Shown here: positions 1 through 11,024 of the stretch, piece by piece
Numbering within the stretch: position 1 is the stretch's first letter
Layout of the letters: the number at the start of each line of letters is the position of its first letter
Notes under the pieces: generated by a model
The model's database searches: none
The model's input: only the letters and a program-made list of their open reading frames with translations
Told to the model about the DNA's origin: nothing
Made by a program: the position numbers and the translations under genes
Source of the DNA: Actinomycetota bacterium
GTDB lineage: Bacteria > Actinomycetota > Aquicultoria > SURF-47
Direction: 5' to 3'
Assembly (NCBI GenBank): GCA_003599235.1
Contig: QZJE01000003.1
Location: 3,779-67,778, forward strand
Length of the DNA stretch: 64,000 nucleotides

Positions 1-3000
1 TTAGCTTCTAGATCAGCTGAGGCATCTCCTGATTGGACAGTATATATAGCACTAGCACTGCTTTGAGAAGTAAAGGGTGATATATATACAGTTCTGTCAG
101 TGTCCCCAGTTTCTAGGGTTACGTTTAGAGTTCCGCCTGAAGACAAGGTGACGTTTTCGCTGAAATTAACAGTGACATTGATAGTATCGCCAACTTTGTA
201 ATTACCGTTTGCTGAGCTAGAAGTGATGCTTTCAATAGTCGGTGCCGTATTATCTATCTCTACTGTTCCTTCTTGCTGGGTAGCACCGTTACCGGCATTA
301 TCTACTGCATCTATTTTGTAGGTATAGGTTCCGTCAGATAGATAGGAGCCTAAGTCGTCTTTACCGTTCCAAGTGTGATTGTGACTACCACTTGCGCGAG
401 CGGTACTATCTTCTACAAGCGTTTTCTTTAAAGTCAAACCGCTATATATCTTCAAAGTTACTTTTGCGCTCTCATTTAGATAATAACTTATTGATGTATT
501 GGTACCCATTAATGATGGTGAAAAAGGATCCGGGGTATCAATTACTGAGGATATTACCGGATCGGTAGTATCTACAATAGTTGAATCCTCCGGAGCAGTT
601 GTGATTGCCGGTGGTGCTGTTTCATCGGTATTTAAAGCATTATCATAGGCTATTATCTTAAAGCCGTAAGTTGCATCAGAGGCTGCCGTAAATGATATTG
701 GTGAGCTCGTATAAGTGCTTCCATATTGGGTCCAGGTATAGGGGGAAGATTCCTGAGTTGTATAATAAAGCTTAACCTCCTTAAGCCCGGCGTCTCCCAC
801 ATCGGATGCATCGTAAGATACATTAAAGGTTAACCCATTACTATACTCATCTGAGCTTGCAGTTGCGCTTGGAGCCTGCCTATCAACTACGGTAGAATCT
901 TCAGGAGCCGTTGAACTTGATGGCGGATCAGTTTCATCTGTATTTAAAGCGTTATCGTAAGCAATTGCCTTAAATCCATATGTACCATCGCTTACAGCAG
1001 TAAAGGAAATTGGCGAATCAGTATAAGTGCTTCCATATTGGATCCAGGTATATGGAGCTGATGTTTGGGTAGTATAGAAAAGCTTAATTTCTTTTAATCC
1101 AGATAAACCAATATCAGAAGCGCTGTAAGATACGTTAAATGTTAGATTGTTGCTATATGAAGCTGAACTAGCGGTAGCTGTAGGATCTTCAGTATCAACA
1201 ACTATTGAATCCTCTGGAGTAGTAGTTGTTGCCGGTGGAGCTGTTTCTTCTTCGTTTAATGCATTATCGTAGGCAACAATCTTAAATCCATAATTTCCGG
1301 TAGTTGGTGCCACAAAAGAAATCGGGCTGGTGGTATAAGTGCTACCATATTGAGTCCAGGTATATGGAGCCGATGTTTGGGTTGTATAGAAAAGCTTAAC
1401 ATTTTTAAGCCCTGATAGCCCAGTATCAGAAGCAGAGTAAGCAACATTGAACGTTAGGCTATTACTATAATTTGAAACACTGGCACTTCCGCTCGGAGCT
1501 TGAGTGTCAACAATAGTTGAGTCCTCAGGAGCTGCCGAAGATGACGGGGGAGCCGTTTCTTCTTCATTGGAAGCATTGTCATAAGCTACAACTTTAAAAC
1601 CATATTGACCAGCACTAGCTGCTGTAAAAGATACCGGTGAACTGGTATGCGTAGTTCCGTACTGAGTCCAGGTGTATGGAGCAGATGTTTGTGTGGTATA
1701 GAACAGTTTGACTTCTTTGACTCCGGAGCTTCCTGCATCTGTTGCACTGTAGGAGACATCAAATGTTAAGTTCATACTATATTGGGCACTGCTGGCACTT
1801 CCACTCGGAGCTTGCATATCAACAATAGTTGATGTCTCTGGAGCCGTTGTTGCCTCAGGCGGATCTGTCTCATCACTATTTAACGCATTATCATAAGCTA
1901 CTGCTTTAAACCCGTATGTAGCCTCAGATGGTGCTACAAAAGAAATCGGTGAACCTGTATATGTGCTTCCGTATTGGGTCCAAGTATACGGTGCCGAGGT
2001 TTGGGTGGTATAGAAAAGTTTAACGTACTTTAATCCGGATAAACCGTTATCAGAAGCACTATAGGAAACATTAAAGGTTAAAGAATTGCTATAGGCTGAT
2101 GAGCTAGCGTTTCCTGTTGGCAATTCAGTATCAACAATTGTTGTATCCTCGGGAGCAGTGCTAGTTGCCGGTGGAGCAGTTTCATCTGTATTTAGTGCAT
2201 TATCATAGGCAACGATCTTAAAACCATAAGTAGCATCAGTTGGAGCCACGAAAGAAATCGGTGTATTAGTATAAGTACTGCCATACTGAGTCCAGGTATA
2301 TGGAGCTGAGGTCTGAGTAGTATAAAATAGTTTGACATATTTTAGCCCTGATAGTCCAGTATCAGAGGCATCATAGGACACATCAAAAGTAAGATCGCTG
2401 CTATATTGAGCGCTGCTAGCACTACCGGTTGGATCCTGAGTATCAACAGTTGTAGAGTCTTCCGGCGCAGTGGTAGTTGCCGGTGGAGCAGTTTCTTCTT
2501 CATTTGAAGCATTATCATAAGAGACAATCTTAAATCCATAATTACCATCTGCAGCCGCCTCAAAAGAGATTGGTGAGCTAGTATAAGTGCCACCGTATTG
2601 TGTCCAGGTATAGGGGGATGAGTTCTCAGTAGTATAAAACAATTTCACATCCTTTAATCCAGCTGGCCCTGGGTCTGAAGCAGAGTAAGCAACGCTGAAA
2701 GACAATTGATTACTATAATCAGAGACAACCGCTGTTCCGCTAGGTAGCTGGGTATCAACTACTGTTGTATCCTCAGGAGCCGTAGAGCTTGATGGAGGAG
2801 TGGTTTCATCTGTATTTAAAGCATTATCATAGGCTATAACCTTAAATCCATAAGTAGCATTTGAAGCAGCAGTAAAAGATATTGGGCTAGTGGTATAAGT
2901 ACTACCATATTGAGTCCAAGTATATGGAGCTGAGGTTTGCGTTGTATAGTATAGTTTGACATTTTTTAGCCCTGATAGTCCCGTATCAGAGGCTGAGTAG

Positions 3001-6000
3001 CTAACATTAAATGTGGCGGAATTACTATAGTTTGGTGAACTAGCTGCTCCAGTCGGATCTTCAATATCTACAATAGTAGAACTCTCAGGAGCTGACGAGC
3101 TTGATGGAGGAGCTGTTTCTTCCTCATTTGAGGCGTTATCATATGCAACTACCTTAAAACCGTATTGGGCAACGCTAGCAGCAGTAAAGGAAATTTCAGA
3201 GCCGGTGTGAGTTGTTCCATATTGAGTCCAAGTATATGGAGCTGAAGTCTGAGTTGTATAGAATAATTTTACATCTTTGACTCCGGCATCTCCATTATCA
3301 GTAGCGCTAAATGGAACATTGAAAGTTAAGCTATCGCTATATTGCGGTGCATTAGCTGTTCCAGATGGCAGTTGCGTATCTATAATAGTGCTATCCTCAG
3401 GAGCTGCCCCGCTTGCCGGCGGATCAGCCTCCTCATTATTTAAAGCATTGTCGTATGCAACTGCTTTAAAGCCATATGTACCTTCTGTTGGAGCTACAAA
3501 AGAGACCGGTGAAGTAGTGTAAGTGGTTCCATATTGGGTCCAAGTATACGGTGCCGAGGTTTGGGTGGTATAGAATAACTTGGCATATTTAAATCCAGAT
3601 AGCCCATTATCTGAGGAAGAAAATGAGACATTAAAGCTCAAATCATCATATGACGGAGAGCTAGCTGTTGCTGAAGGAAGTTGAGTATCGACAATAGTTG
3701 AGCCCTCTGGAGCCGTAGTTGTTGCCGGTGGTGCAGTTTCTTCTTCGTTTAAAGCGTTATCGTAGGCTACTAGCTTAAAACCATACTGATTATCTGTTGG
3801 AGCAACAAACGATATCGGCGAGCTAGTAAAAGTCGTCCCGTATTGAGCCCATGTGTAGGGGGCTGAGGTATTAGCAGTGTAGAAAAGTTTGACGTAATTA
3901 AGGCCTGAAGGTCCGACGTCTTCTGCACTGTAAGCAACATCAAAGGTTAAGTTCTTACTATATTGCGATGGGCTGACAGAGCCAGTTGGAGCAGCTGCAT
4001 CGACAATTATATTTTTGCTTGCCATATTATTTTCAGAGGATATTGTTAAAGTAGCATCATTGCCGGCTCCATCTTTTAAAGTGGCTCCGGGGTCAAGGGT
4101 CAGTGGGCTTTTGGCAGCTAAATCAGAACTATTATCGCCATCTTGGACGGTATAAGTGCCTGAGGCGGTTTGGCCCGGTCCAAAAGGAGTTATTGTTACT
4201 TCTCTATCCTCCGCATCACCGGTTTCTAACGGAACCTTGAGATTTCCGCTAGCTAAAGTTACATCTTCATCTGAATTAACAGTGATATTAATAGGATCGC
4301 CAGCTTTATAGGAACCATCATCAGTGCTAGAAGTCACACTTAAAGTTGGGGCTACATTGTCTAATATAATAGAGTCGGAATTATAGCTGGTAACAGTTAA
4401 ATCATTTAACACTGAAGTATTATATTGATCTCCTTCAAATTGCATTCGTAACTCAAGTGTCTTAGTGGGGGTGGTTGTTAAATTAGTGTTGCTAATGGTA
4501 ATTGGCCCTGAGTTAGCCCCCAGGTCAGACCAAACATTACTATCACTAGAGGTTGTATGAATAGGCAAAAAGTTTCCTGTTCCAAAAGCATCAGATGCTC
4601 TTGCCTGCACTTTTACCCTATAAGTAGTTAAATCAATATTGCTTCCAAGCCAATTAACTGAAGTCCATTTATATTTGTCAGGATTAGAGACATTGCCAAT
4701 TCTTAATCCGACTGCCGGGCTGCCGGTAACGCCTAATGTTGCTGATGCGTTAAATGCTAGAGAAGTTGAATAAGCAGGCGAAGGTGTTCCTCCGGAATTA
4801 GCTCCTGTGCCACCGCTGACGGTTGGAGAAGATCCTGAGCTTACAACAGCTTGTACGTGTACTTTTCCGCCACCACCGCCACCTCCATTAGGACCACCAT
4901 ATCCACTGCCTCCGTTTCCGCCGTTTGCAATAATCTTATTTAAGTTAACGTTAGGAACAGCCGATAATACATAGACGCTGCCGCCAGCTCCGCCACCGCC
5001 ACCAGCTGAACCATAATAATAATAACTGCTATCTGCATTGCCACCGCTTTGACCATAAGCCCATATCTGACCATTTAGGGTAATAGACTTAGCTTGTATC
5101 TTTACAGAGCCACCGCCGGCTCCGCCTACTCCTGCTGGTCCGCCACCATAGCCGTATGAATCACCATGTCCACCAGCTCCGCCCCCAGAACCAAGGTCTG
5201 GGTAACTACTAATTGACGAACCGCCTGCACCACCAGAATATGTACCGTTGCCTCCAGCGCCACCTGCTCCGCCGTAGCCGCCGCCGCCACCTCCACCACC
5301 GGTTTCCCCATAGCCACCGTTTCCACCGCCTGCTCCATAACGTGGTCCAGTGCCAGTTGATCCATCTGAGGCTCCTCCGGAAAAGCCTTTGTATCTTAAA
5401 TCTATTTGGGAGCCCGAATCTATGGTGACCGCTCCATCTGCCTTAAAGAACAAGACACCTCCTGTAGAACCATTCCAGCTATCAACTGTTAGGGTGCTGT
5501 TACCAGTTATTGATACATCAGAATACTGATATATCTTTACTACTTGAGCTTTGGAGGAACCATCAACAGTATACGTATTGCTTAATCCAGGAGAACTGAG
5601 AATTAGCCGTGCCGGTGAACTAGCTACGCTAGATACAGTAACTTCTTGCTTAGTTCCGGCTGAACTACCTATCATCTGCATAACCATTACTTTTTGGCCA
5701 GACGCAAACCCAGTAGTAGAGGAAACATAAACAGTGGTACCGCTAGATGTTTGAGATAAAGCAGACCTTACTACCGGCAAAGTAGTGTCAGAGGTAACTA
5801 TTAAAGGTCCGTCCGACTGATCTCCCCAATCAGTATTCAGCGATGAAATAAGTGCATCACCGCTTGAGCCAGTTAGATTTAAATTAACAGGGGTGGTAGC
5901 TGTACCTTGGCTGGTACCGTTCCAATCGCCCTCAGCGGTAAACATCTTTCCTGATATATTGCCAGCTGCATCTCTTATCCTCATATATAATGTATTTGTA

Positions 6001-8303
6001 GTGTTGTCGTTTTCAAGATACCAAGCGTTGGTTATGTCCTGAGATGTTCCAGAAGCGGTAACTGTTGTTTTGTTGTTCCAATTTGCCGCCTTGTTGTTAG
6101 AGGTACCGGAGCCTGAGTATACTCCCCAATAAGTTCCGTCTTGAGAGAACTGAACATCCAGAGTTCCCGAGGAGCCGCCTGAGTCATTAAAGATACCGGA
6201 AGCAGTAACTATTCTAGTATCAATAGTGGCATAAGTTGCGCCGCTATTTAATTGGTAATTAGCAATACTTGGAGGAGTTCGCTCGATAGTTAAGGCCGTG
6301 CCTCCGGAATTATATTGACTCCAGGCACTTCTACGTTGCTGCGTGTCTGTGGTCCTTGCTCTCCACTTGTATGTTTTTGAGAAATCTAAGTTGGAGACAG
6401 TGGCCGAACTAATCCCACCGCTAAAATTCGATCCTTGAGTTAAATTGCTGCCATCAAAGGAGGCACTTGTTTCTTTAAGTTCAAACTCAACATGCGGATT
6501 AGTGGAATCAGCTAAGCCTGCTCCTTGCGCTTTAAGAACAACGCTGCTTTCATTAGTCCAATAAGAGGTAATTTCACTTGTCTCATCAGCGTGATATTGC
6601 TTAAGATTTGTCGGTGCATCTATCGTATCATAACTTGCGCTTATATCTTTTACACTAGGTACTCCAACTCCATCATTTGATTCCAGTGTAGCTTCAATTT
6701 CTAACCATTGAGAAACACTAATAGAAGATAGGCTCCCTGAGCCACTTGTTGAGCCTTGGGTTGTTTGGTCGAAATAAGTACTCCAGCTAGACCAAGAAGA
6801 GTTATTATCAGAAGTCCTAACTCTAAATCGTATTTTAGTATTTGCCGGCAAGGATGCCGAGTTCCAGGAAAGATTGTTCCATTTTGCTTTGGTTCCATCC
6901 GAGGTAACTGAAGGATCAGCATTTATTTTTAGCCCTGACAAGGTAACCGGGGTAGGCAAAGACGATATTTGCTGCTTAGAACCAGTCATGCTCTGGGTCC
7001 AGCTGGTGCGCTGAGTAGTATCACCTAAACCTAATTGGCCATACCAATTTCTGCCGGTAGAGTATATCTTTCCATCCGATTTTAAAGCAAGTGAAAAATC
7101 GTTACCAGCCTTTATTGCAATGACGTTTGTTAACGTGGTAGATGTCCAGCTGTTTCGCTGAGTAGTATCGCCTAAACCTAATTGGCCATAGCCATTGTTT
7201 CCAGTGACCCAAACCGTGCCGTTTTTAATTGCCATAGAATGAATTGAACCTCCAGCAATTGCTGAGACCCCAGTTAAAGTAGTTGCAGTCCAACTATTAC
7301 GTTGTGTAGTATCGCCTAATCCTAGTTGACCATTATAATTACCACCAGTTGCCCATATAGTTCCGTCTTTTATTGCAAAAACATGCCTAGAACCTCCAGC
7401 AATTGCTGAGACCCCAGTTAAAGTAGTTGCAGTCCAACTATTACGTTGTGTAGTATCGCCTAATCCTAGTTGACCGTAGTCATTTAGGCCGGTTGAGTAA
7501 ACAGTCCCATCTTTTAGAGCATAAGAACTTCTATTACTAGTAGCAATAGCTGTTACCCCTGTTAGAGAGGTTTGGGTCCAATTAGTCTGACTGTTAGTAT
7601 TTCCTAATCCTAGCTGACCATTACCGTTAGCTCCTACAGACCAAACAACTCCGTCTTTTAACGCAAGGGAGTGATAATGTCCGGTAGCGATAGCCGATAC
7701 ACCCGTTAAAGGAGTTTGAGTCCAGCCATTTTTCTCACTAGTATCCCCTGTGCCAAGTTGACCATTTGCATTCCGGCCTGTTCCCCAAACAACATTATTA
7801 GCGGCTAGCGCCAAAGAGTGAGTGTAAAACTCTTCACCATTTGAAGAAACCGCCCTGAAGCCAGTTGCAGTGCCTTGTTGCCAGCTAAGCTGCTGAGTGT
7901 TATTGCCTATGCCAAGCTGACCTGAAGTATTATTTCCTGTTGCCCACACCGAATTATCAGATTTAATAACCAGAGAATGACCCCCGCTTGCCGCAAGAGG
8001 ATCAAAATTGACAGCACTGCCGATGCTAAAATTATCATTATCTGTAGGATCGTTAGCATCATTGTCTCCACTAGTAGCAACATTACCAAGGTATGTTGAT
8101 CCTGTATAATTCGAATTTGCAGCTCCATTATTTTCAAAATGATTTTTGGTTGTCCAAGTAGCCGTAATTCCTGTAGTAGCTTCTGTTTTACTCGGTTCAA
8201 TAACTATCAACGAGAATATAAAGGTGGGCAACGTAATTGCAATAATAAGAAGGAGGGAAATACACTTGTCTATTAAGTTACCGATAACTCTTTTAGTGTC
8301 CAT
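1..8303 (-). CDS. Giant secreted/surface repeat protein, 3'-truncated by window edge (>2760 aa): signal peptide, RCC1-like repeats, Gly-rich domain, 11 x ~104-aa Ig-like repeats, FlgD-Ig-like domain
   Basis: ATG at 8303 gives MDTKRVIGNLIDKCISLLLIIAITLPTFIFSLIVIEPSKTEA; same frame reads ..YTVQSGDASADLEA at base 1; absent from ORF track, consistent with no stop in window. I spot-checked the frame rather than translating every codon. Confidence 0.88.
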   Translation of the reverse strand, partial: MDTKRVIGNLIDKCISLLLIIAITLPTFIFSLIVIEPSKTEATTGITATWTTKNHFENNGAANSNYTGSTYLGNVATSGDNDANDPTDNDNFSIGSAVNFDPLAASGGHSLVIKSDNSVWATGNNTSGQLGIGNNTQQLSWQQGTATGFRAVSSNGEEFYTHSLALAANNVVWGTGRNANGQLGTGDTSEKNGWTQTPLTGVSAIATGHYHSLALKDGVVWSVGANGNGQLGLGNTNSQTNWTQTSLTGVTAIATSNRSSYALKDGTVYSTGLNDYGQLGLGDTTQRNSWTATTLTGVSAIAGGSRHVFAIKDGTIWATGGNYNGQLGLGDTTQRNSWTATTLTGVSAIAGGSIHSMAIKNGTVWVTGNNGYGQLGLGDTTQRNSWTSTTLTNVIAIKAGNDFSLALKSDGKIYSTGRNWYGQLGLGDTTQRTSWTQSMTGSKQQISSLPTPVTLSGLKINADPSVTSDGTKAKWNNLSWNSASLPANTKIRFRVRTSDNNSSWSSWSTYFDQTTQGSTSGSGSLSSISVSQWLEIEATLESNDGVGVPSVKDISASYDTIDAPTNLKQYHADETSEITSYWTNESSVVLKAQGAGLADSTNPHVEFELKETSASFDGSNLTQGSNFSGGISSATVSNLDFSKTYKWRARTTDTQQRRSAWSQYNSGGTALTIERTPPSIANYQLNSGATYATIDTRIVTASGIFNDSGGSSGTLDVQFSQDGTYWGVYSGSGTSNNKAANWNNKTTVTASGTSQDITNAWYLENDNTTNTLYMRIRDAAGNISGKMFTAEGDWNGTSQGTATTPVNLNLTGSSGDALISSLNTDWGDQSDGPLIVTSDTTLPVVRSALSQTSSGTTVYVSSTTGFASGQKVMVMQMIGSSAGTKQEVTVSSVASSPARLILSSPGLSNTYTVDGSSKAQVVKIYQYSDVSITGNSTLTVDSWNGSTGGVLFFKADGAVTIDSGSQIDLRYKGFSGGASDGSTGTGPRYGAGGGNGGYGETGGGGGGGGYGGAGGAGGNGTYSGGAGGSSISSYPDLGSGGGAGGHGDSYGYGGGPAGVGGAGGGSVKIQAKSITLNGQIWAYGQSGGNADSSYYYYGSAGGGGGAGGSVYVLSAVPNVNLNKIIANGGNGGSGYGGPNGGGGGGGKVHVQAVVSSGSSPTVSGGTGANSGGTPSPAYSTSLAFNASATLGVTGSPAVGLRIGNVSNPDKYKWTSVNWLGSNIDLTTYRVKVQARASDAFGTGNFLPIHTTSSDSNVWSDLGANSGPITISNTNLTTTPTKTLELRMQFEGDQYNTSVLNDLTVTSYNSDSIILDNVAPTLSVTSSTDDGSYKAGDPINITVNSDEDVTLASGNLKVPLETGDAEDREVTITPFGPGQTASGTYTVQDGDNSSDLAAKSPLTLDPGATLKDGAGNDATLTISSENNMASKNIIVDAAAPTGSVSPSQYSKNLTFDVAYSAEDVGPSGLNYVKLFYTANTSAPYTWAQYGTTFTSSPISFVAPTDNQYGFKLVAYDNALNEEETAPPATTTAPEGSTIVDTQLPSATASSPSYDDLSFNVSFSSSDNGLSGFKYAKLFYTTQTSAPYTWTQYGTTYTTSPVSFVAPTEGTYGFKAVAYDNALNNEEADPPASGAAPEDSTIIDTQLPSGTANAPQYSDSLTFNVPFSATDNGDAGVKDVKLFYTTQTSAPYTWTQYGTTHTGSEISFTAASVAQYGFKVVAYDNASNEEETAPPSSSSAPESSTIVDIEDPTGAASSPNYSNSATFNVSYSASDTGLSGLKNVKLYYTTQTSAPYTWTQYGSTYTTSPISFTAASNATYGFKVIAYDNALNTDETTPPSSSTAPEDTTVVDTQLPSGTAVVSDYSNQLSFSVAYSASDPGPAGLKDVKLFYTTENSSPYTWTQYGGTYTSSPISFEAAADGNYGFKIVSYDNASNEEETAPPATTTAPEDSTTVDTQDPTGSASSAQYSSDLTFDVSYDASDTGLSGLKYVKLFYTTQTSAPYTWTQYGSTYTNTPISFVAPTDATYGFKIVAYDNALNTDETAPPATSTAPEDTTIVDTELPTGNASSSAYSNSLTFNVSYSASDNGLSGLKYVKLFYTTQTSAPYTWTQYGSTYTGSPISFVAPSEATYGFKAVAYDNALNSDETDPPEATTAPETSTIVDMQAPSGSASSAQYSMNLTFDVSYSATDAGSSGVKEVKLFYTTQTSAPYTWTQYGTTHTSSPVSFTAASAGQYGFKVVAYDNASNEEETAPPSSSAAPEDSTIVDTQAPSGSASVSNYSNSLTFNVAYSASDTGLSGLKNVKLFYTTQTSAPYTWTQYGSTYTTSPISFVAPTTGNYGFKIVAYDNALNEEETAPPATTTTPEDSIVVDTEDPTATASSASYSNNLTFNVSYSASDIGLSGLKEIKLFYTTQTSAPYTWIQYGSTYTDSPISFTAVSDGTYGFKAIAYDNALNTDETDPPSSSTAPEDSTVVDRQAPSATASSDEYSNGLTFNVSYDASDVGDAGLKEVKLYYTTQESSPYTWTQYGSTYTSSPISFTAASDATYGFKIIAYDNALNTDETAPPAITTAPEDSTIVDTTDPVISSVIDTPDPFSPSLMGTNTSISYYLNESAKVTLKIYSGLTLKKTLVEDSTARASGSHNHTWNGKDDLGSYLSDGTYTYKIDAVDNAGNGATQQEGTVEIDNTAPTIESITSSSANGNYKVGDTINVTVNFSENVTLSSGGTLNVTLETGDTDRTVYISPFTSQSSASAIYTVQSGDASADLEA
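565..4010 (-). repeat. 11 tandem intragenic repeats, 312-bp (104-aa) period
   Basis: AYDNA-encoding motif at 637, 949, 1261, 1573, 1885, 2197, 2509, 2821, 3133, 3445, 3754; consensus VKLFYTTQTSAPYTWTQYGSTYT..YGFK.VAYDNA. Confidence 0.92.
6990..7990 (-). repeat. RCC1-like beta-propeller repeats (~48-50 aa)
   Basis: Recurring HSL..K.G.VWATG.N..GQLG.G motif; 7246-7331 and 7390-7475 are identical. Confidence 0.85.
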
Positions 8304-8532
8304 AAGCTTATGCTTTTTAACTAAGCGACATGGGCCTGTTTTTATCGCTACTATATATATCGGCACCTTGAGTAATAACTTTAGTTTTTTTGTTGGCGAT
8401 TGGTAAATCAGAAAACATCCTCATTTTTTAAAGTTTTTTTCGCTTACTCCGATATAGCTATAAAGCAACTAATGAATTAATTTTTGCAGTAGGTCTTTGT
8501 AGCACTTGATAAAACAGTAACTATGCAAGTTG

Positions 8533-8574
8533 CAAAAAGCCGGTCCGACGCCACCACCTAGGGCTGGCTTTTTG
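8533..8574. terminator. Terminator-like hairpin between divergent genes
   Basis: CAAAAAGCCGGTCC-loop-GGGCTGGCTTTTTG. Confidence 0.5.
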
Positions 8575-8710
8575 TTTATCTACAGGTTATTTCTAAAAAA
8601 AATTAAAGGATTTTGTTTATCTAGTACGAAACTAATATATAGAGGATTCTTTTCCTTCTACTTAATAAATAGCGCTTGATTTAGTAAACCGAAAGGAGTA
8701 TTTATTAATT

Positions 8711-9076
8711 ATGACCAATCAAATTCTTGAAAAAATCGATCAACTCAGCAAAAAACAGGAAGAGCAATTTAATCAACTCAACAAAAAACAGGAAGAGCAA
8801 TTTAATCAACTCAGCAAAAAGCAAGATCATGAATTCGCTTTAATTAAGAAACGATTTGAGCAACAGGACAAGCGTTTTGATGAGCAGGATAAGCGTTTTA
8901 TTAATCACGACTACTTGCTTGATAAGCTAGCAGAAATAATTTTAGTCCACGACCAAAAGCTAGACAAGCTAGATAATGATTTACATACTTTTCATACTGA
9001 AATGCTAACCAAACATGAACAAGTAATGATAATCTTACGTACGATAGACAAGAAACTACACTGGTCTTCAGCTTAG
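8711..9076 (+). CDS. Hypothetical coiled-coil protein with 11-aa tandem repeats
   Basis: AAGGAG RBS; QLSKKQEEQFN repeated (33-bp DNA repeat). Confidence 0.8.
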   Translation: MTNQILEKIDQLSKKQEEQFNQLNKKQEEQFNQLSKKQDHEFALIKKRFEQQDKRFDEQDKRFINHDYLLDKLAEIILVHDQKLDKLDNDLHTFHTEMLTKHEQVMIILRTIDKKLHWSSA

Positions 9077-9090
9077 GGCTTATAGCTTGC

Positions 9091-10371
9091 TTAAGCTAAC
9101 TGTTGCTTTCCGTTATCAGCCTTAGGAGTTTTAATGTCGTTATTCTCAGTAAGCAAAGTAGGCTTAAATCCCTTCTCAACCGTTTCTTTAGTGATTACGC
9201 ATTTACGGATATCTTTTCTGGAGGGCAGATCATACATCACCTCAAGCAAGATACCCTCCATAACTGAGCGCAAGCCCCTGGCTCCGCTAGCCCGGCTGAT
9301 CGATATCTCAGAGATAGCCTCTAGAGCATCGTCGGTAAAATTAAGCTCTACTCCGTCATAGTTAAAAAACTTTTTATACTGCTTAACTAGTGAGTTCTTA
9401 GGCTCAGTAAGAATCTTTACCAAATCTTCTTTTCTTAAATTATCGATTGTAGATACAACCGGTAAGCGTCCGATAAACTCCGGTATCAAGCCGAACTTAA
9501 TTAGGTCCTCCGGCATCACTTTAGATAGAATCTCGCTAATACTTAAGTTCTGCTTGCCTTTAACGTTAGCACCAAAACCGATGCTTCCCTTGCCCAATCT
9601 TTTCTCAATAGCTTTTTCCAGTCCGTTAAAAGCACCGCCGCAAATAAACAGTATATTGGTAGTATCGATATTGATAAACTCTTGATGAGGATGCTTCCTT
9701 CCACCGTGTGGAGGAACGCTAGCCTCAGTTCCCTCTAATATTTTTAGCAAGGCTTGCTGCACACCTTCGCCGGATACATCTCTGGTAATGGAGGGATTTT
9801 CCGACTTACGGGCAATTTTGTCGATTTCATCAATGTAGATAATGCCTGTCTCGGCCCGTTTAACATCATAGTCTGCAGCCTGAATAAGCTTAAGTAAAAT
9901 GTTCTCAACATCTTCTCCGACGTAACCGGCTTCAGTTAAGGCAGTGGCATCAACCATTGCAAAAGGAACATTAAGAATCTTAGCTAACGTTTGAGCCAGC
10001 AACGTCTTTCCGCAACCCGTCGGGCCTAAAAGTAAAATATTGCTTTTTTGCAGTTCGATATCATCCGAAGAGGAACCAACCTGTATCCGTTTATAGTGGT
10101 TATAAACAGCAACCGCCAAAGTTTTTTTGGCATCGTCTTGGCCGACAACATAATCATTTAAGATTTTGTTTATTTCTTTAGGCTTTAAAAGCTCGTCTAG
10201 TTTTAACTGTACTTCTTCGCCTAGTTCTTCGTCGATAATCTCGTTGCATAAATCGATGCACTCGTCACAAATATAGACACCGGGTCCGGCAATAAGCTTT
10301 CTAACCTGGCGCTGAGTTTTGCCGCAAAAAGAGCATTTAAGTTGTTCGTCTTTTTCACTAAATCTTGCCAT
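9091..10371 (-). CDS. clpX: ATP-dependent Clp protease ATP-binding subunit ClpX
   Basis: CSFCGK zinc finger, [18 protein letters not shown]. Confidence 0.98.
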   Translation of the reverse strand: MARFSEKDEQLKCSFCGKTQRQVRKLIAGPGVYICDECIDLCNEIIDEELGEEVQLKLDELLKPKEINKILNDYVVGQDDAKKTLAVAVYNHYKRIQVGSSSDDIELQKSNILLLGPTGCGKTLLAQTLAKILNVPFAMVDATALTEAGYVGEDVENILLKLIQAADYDVKRAETGIIYIDEIDKIARKSENPSITRDVSGEGVQQALLKILEGTEASVPPHGGRKHPHQEFINIDTTNILFICGGAFNGLEKAIEKRLGKGSIGFGANVKGKQNLSISEILSKVMPEDLIKFGLIPEFIGRLPVVSTIDNLRKEDLVKILTEPKNSLVKQYKKFFNYDGVELNFTDDALEAISEISISRASGARGLRSVMEGILLEVMYDLPSRKDIRKCVITKETVEKGFKPTLLTENNDIKTPKADNGKQQLA

Positions 10372-10404
10372 TTTTCCCTCCCCTTATTTAGGCGGGGTAT
10401 TGTA

Positions 10405-11007
10405 TTATTTCTTGCCTAGTTTACGTTGTGTTAAGACCTCGTCAACAATACCGTATTCTCTAGCCTGCTCAGCAGTCATAATAAAATCTCTATCGGTATC
10501 TTGCTGTACCTTCTTTAATGGCTGACCAGTATGTTTAGATAAAATTTCTTCTAATAATTTTCTAAATCGCAGTATTTCTTTCGCCTGGATATCGATATCG
10601 ATTGCCTGGCCGGTTGCCCCGCCATGCGGCTGATGGATAAGAATACGGCTGTTAGGCAAAGCAAAACGTTTACCTTTGGTTCCAGCTGCCAAAAGTACCG
10701 CACCGGCACTGGCTGCTTGCCCAATGCATATAGTGTGTATTTCCGGCTTTACGTACTGCATTGTGTCATACATAGCCAAGGCTGCTGTAATGCTTCCGCC
10801 GGGGCTATTGATATATAGATAGATATCTTTGTCCGGATCATCGGATTCTAAGTGCAGAATCTGGGCAATAACCAGATTAGCCACCGCATCATTTACCTCG
10901 GAGCCTAAGAATACTATCCGCTCGTTTAATAGTCTTGAAAAAATATCATACGACCGTTCTCCACGGCTTGTTTGTTCTACTACTATCGGTACTAATGTAG
11001 ACATCAT
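10405..11007 (-). CDS. clpP: Clp protease proteolytic subunit
   Basis: [28 protein letters not shown]; start moved to MMSTLVP. Confidence 0.97.
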   Translation of the reverse strand: MMSTLVPIVVEQTSRGERSYDIFSRLLNERIVFLGSEVNDAVANLVIAQILHLESDDPDKDIYLYINSPGGSITAALAMYDTMQYVKPEIHTICIGQAASAGAVLLAAGTKGKRFALPNSRILIHQPHGGATGQAIDIDIQAKEILRFRKLLEEILSKHTGQPLKKVQQDTDRDFIMTAEQAREYGIVDEVLTQRKLGKK

Positions 11008-11024
11008 CTCGTCCCCCTTAACAC

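Noticed and set aside
565..7990. Possible diversity-generating retroelement TR/VR pair or CRISPR array among the repeats
   Set aside because: Repeats are in-frame protein domains, differences are not adenine-specific, there is no repeat-spacer pattern, and no reverse transcriptase or cas gene is in the window
1256..8406. Short ORF-track calls within 1-8.4 kb
   Set aside because: Alternative-frame shadows of the giant minus-strand CDS
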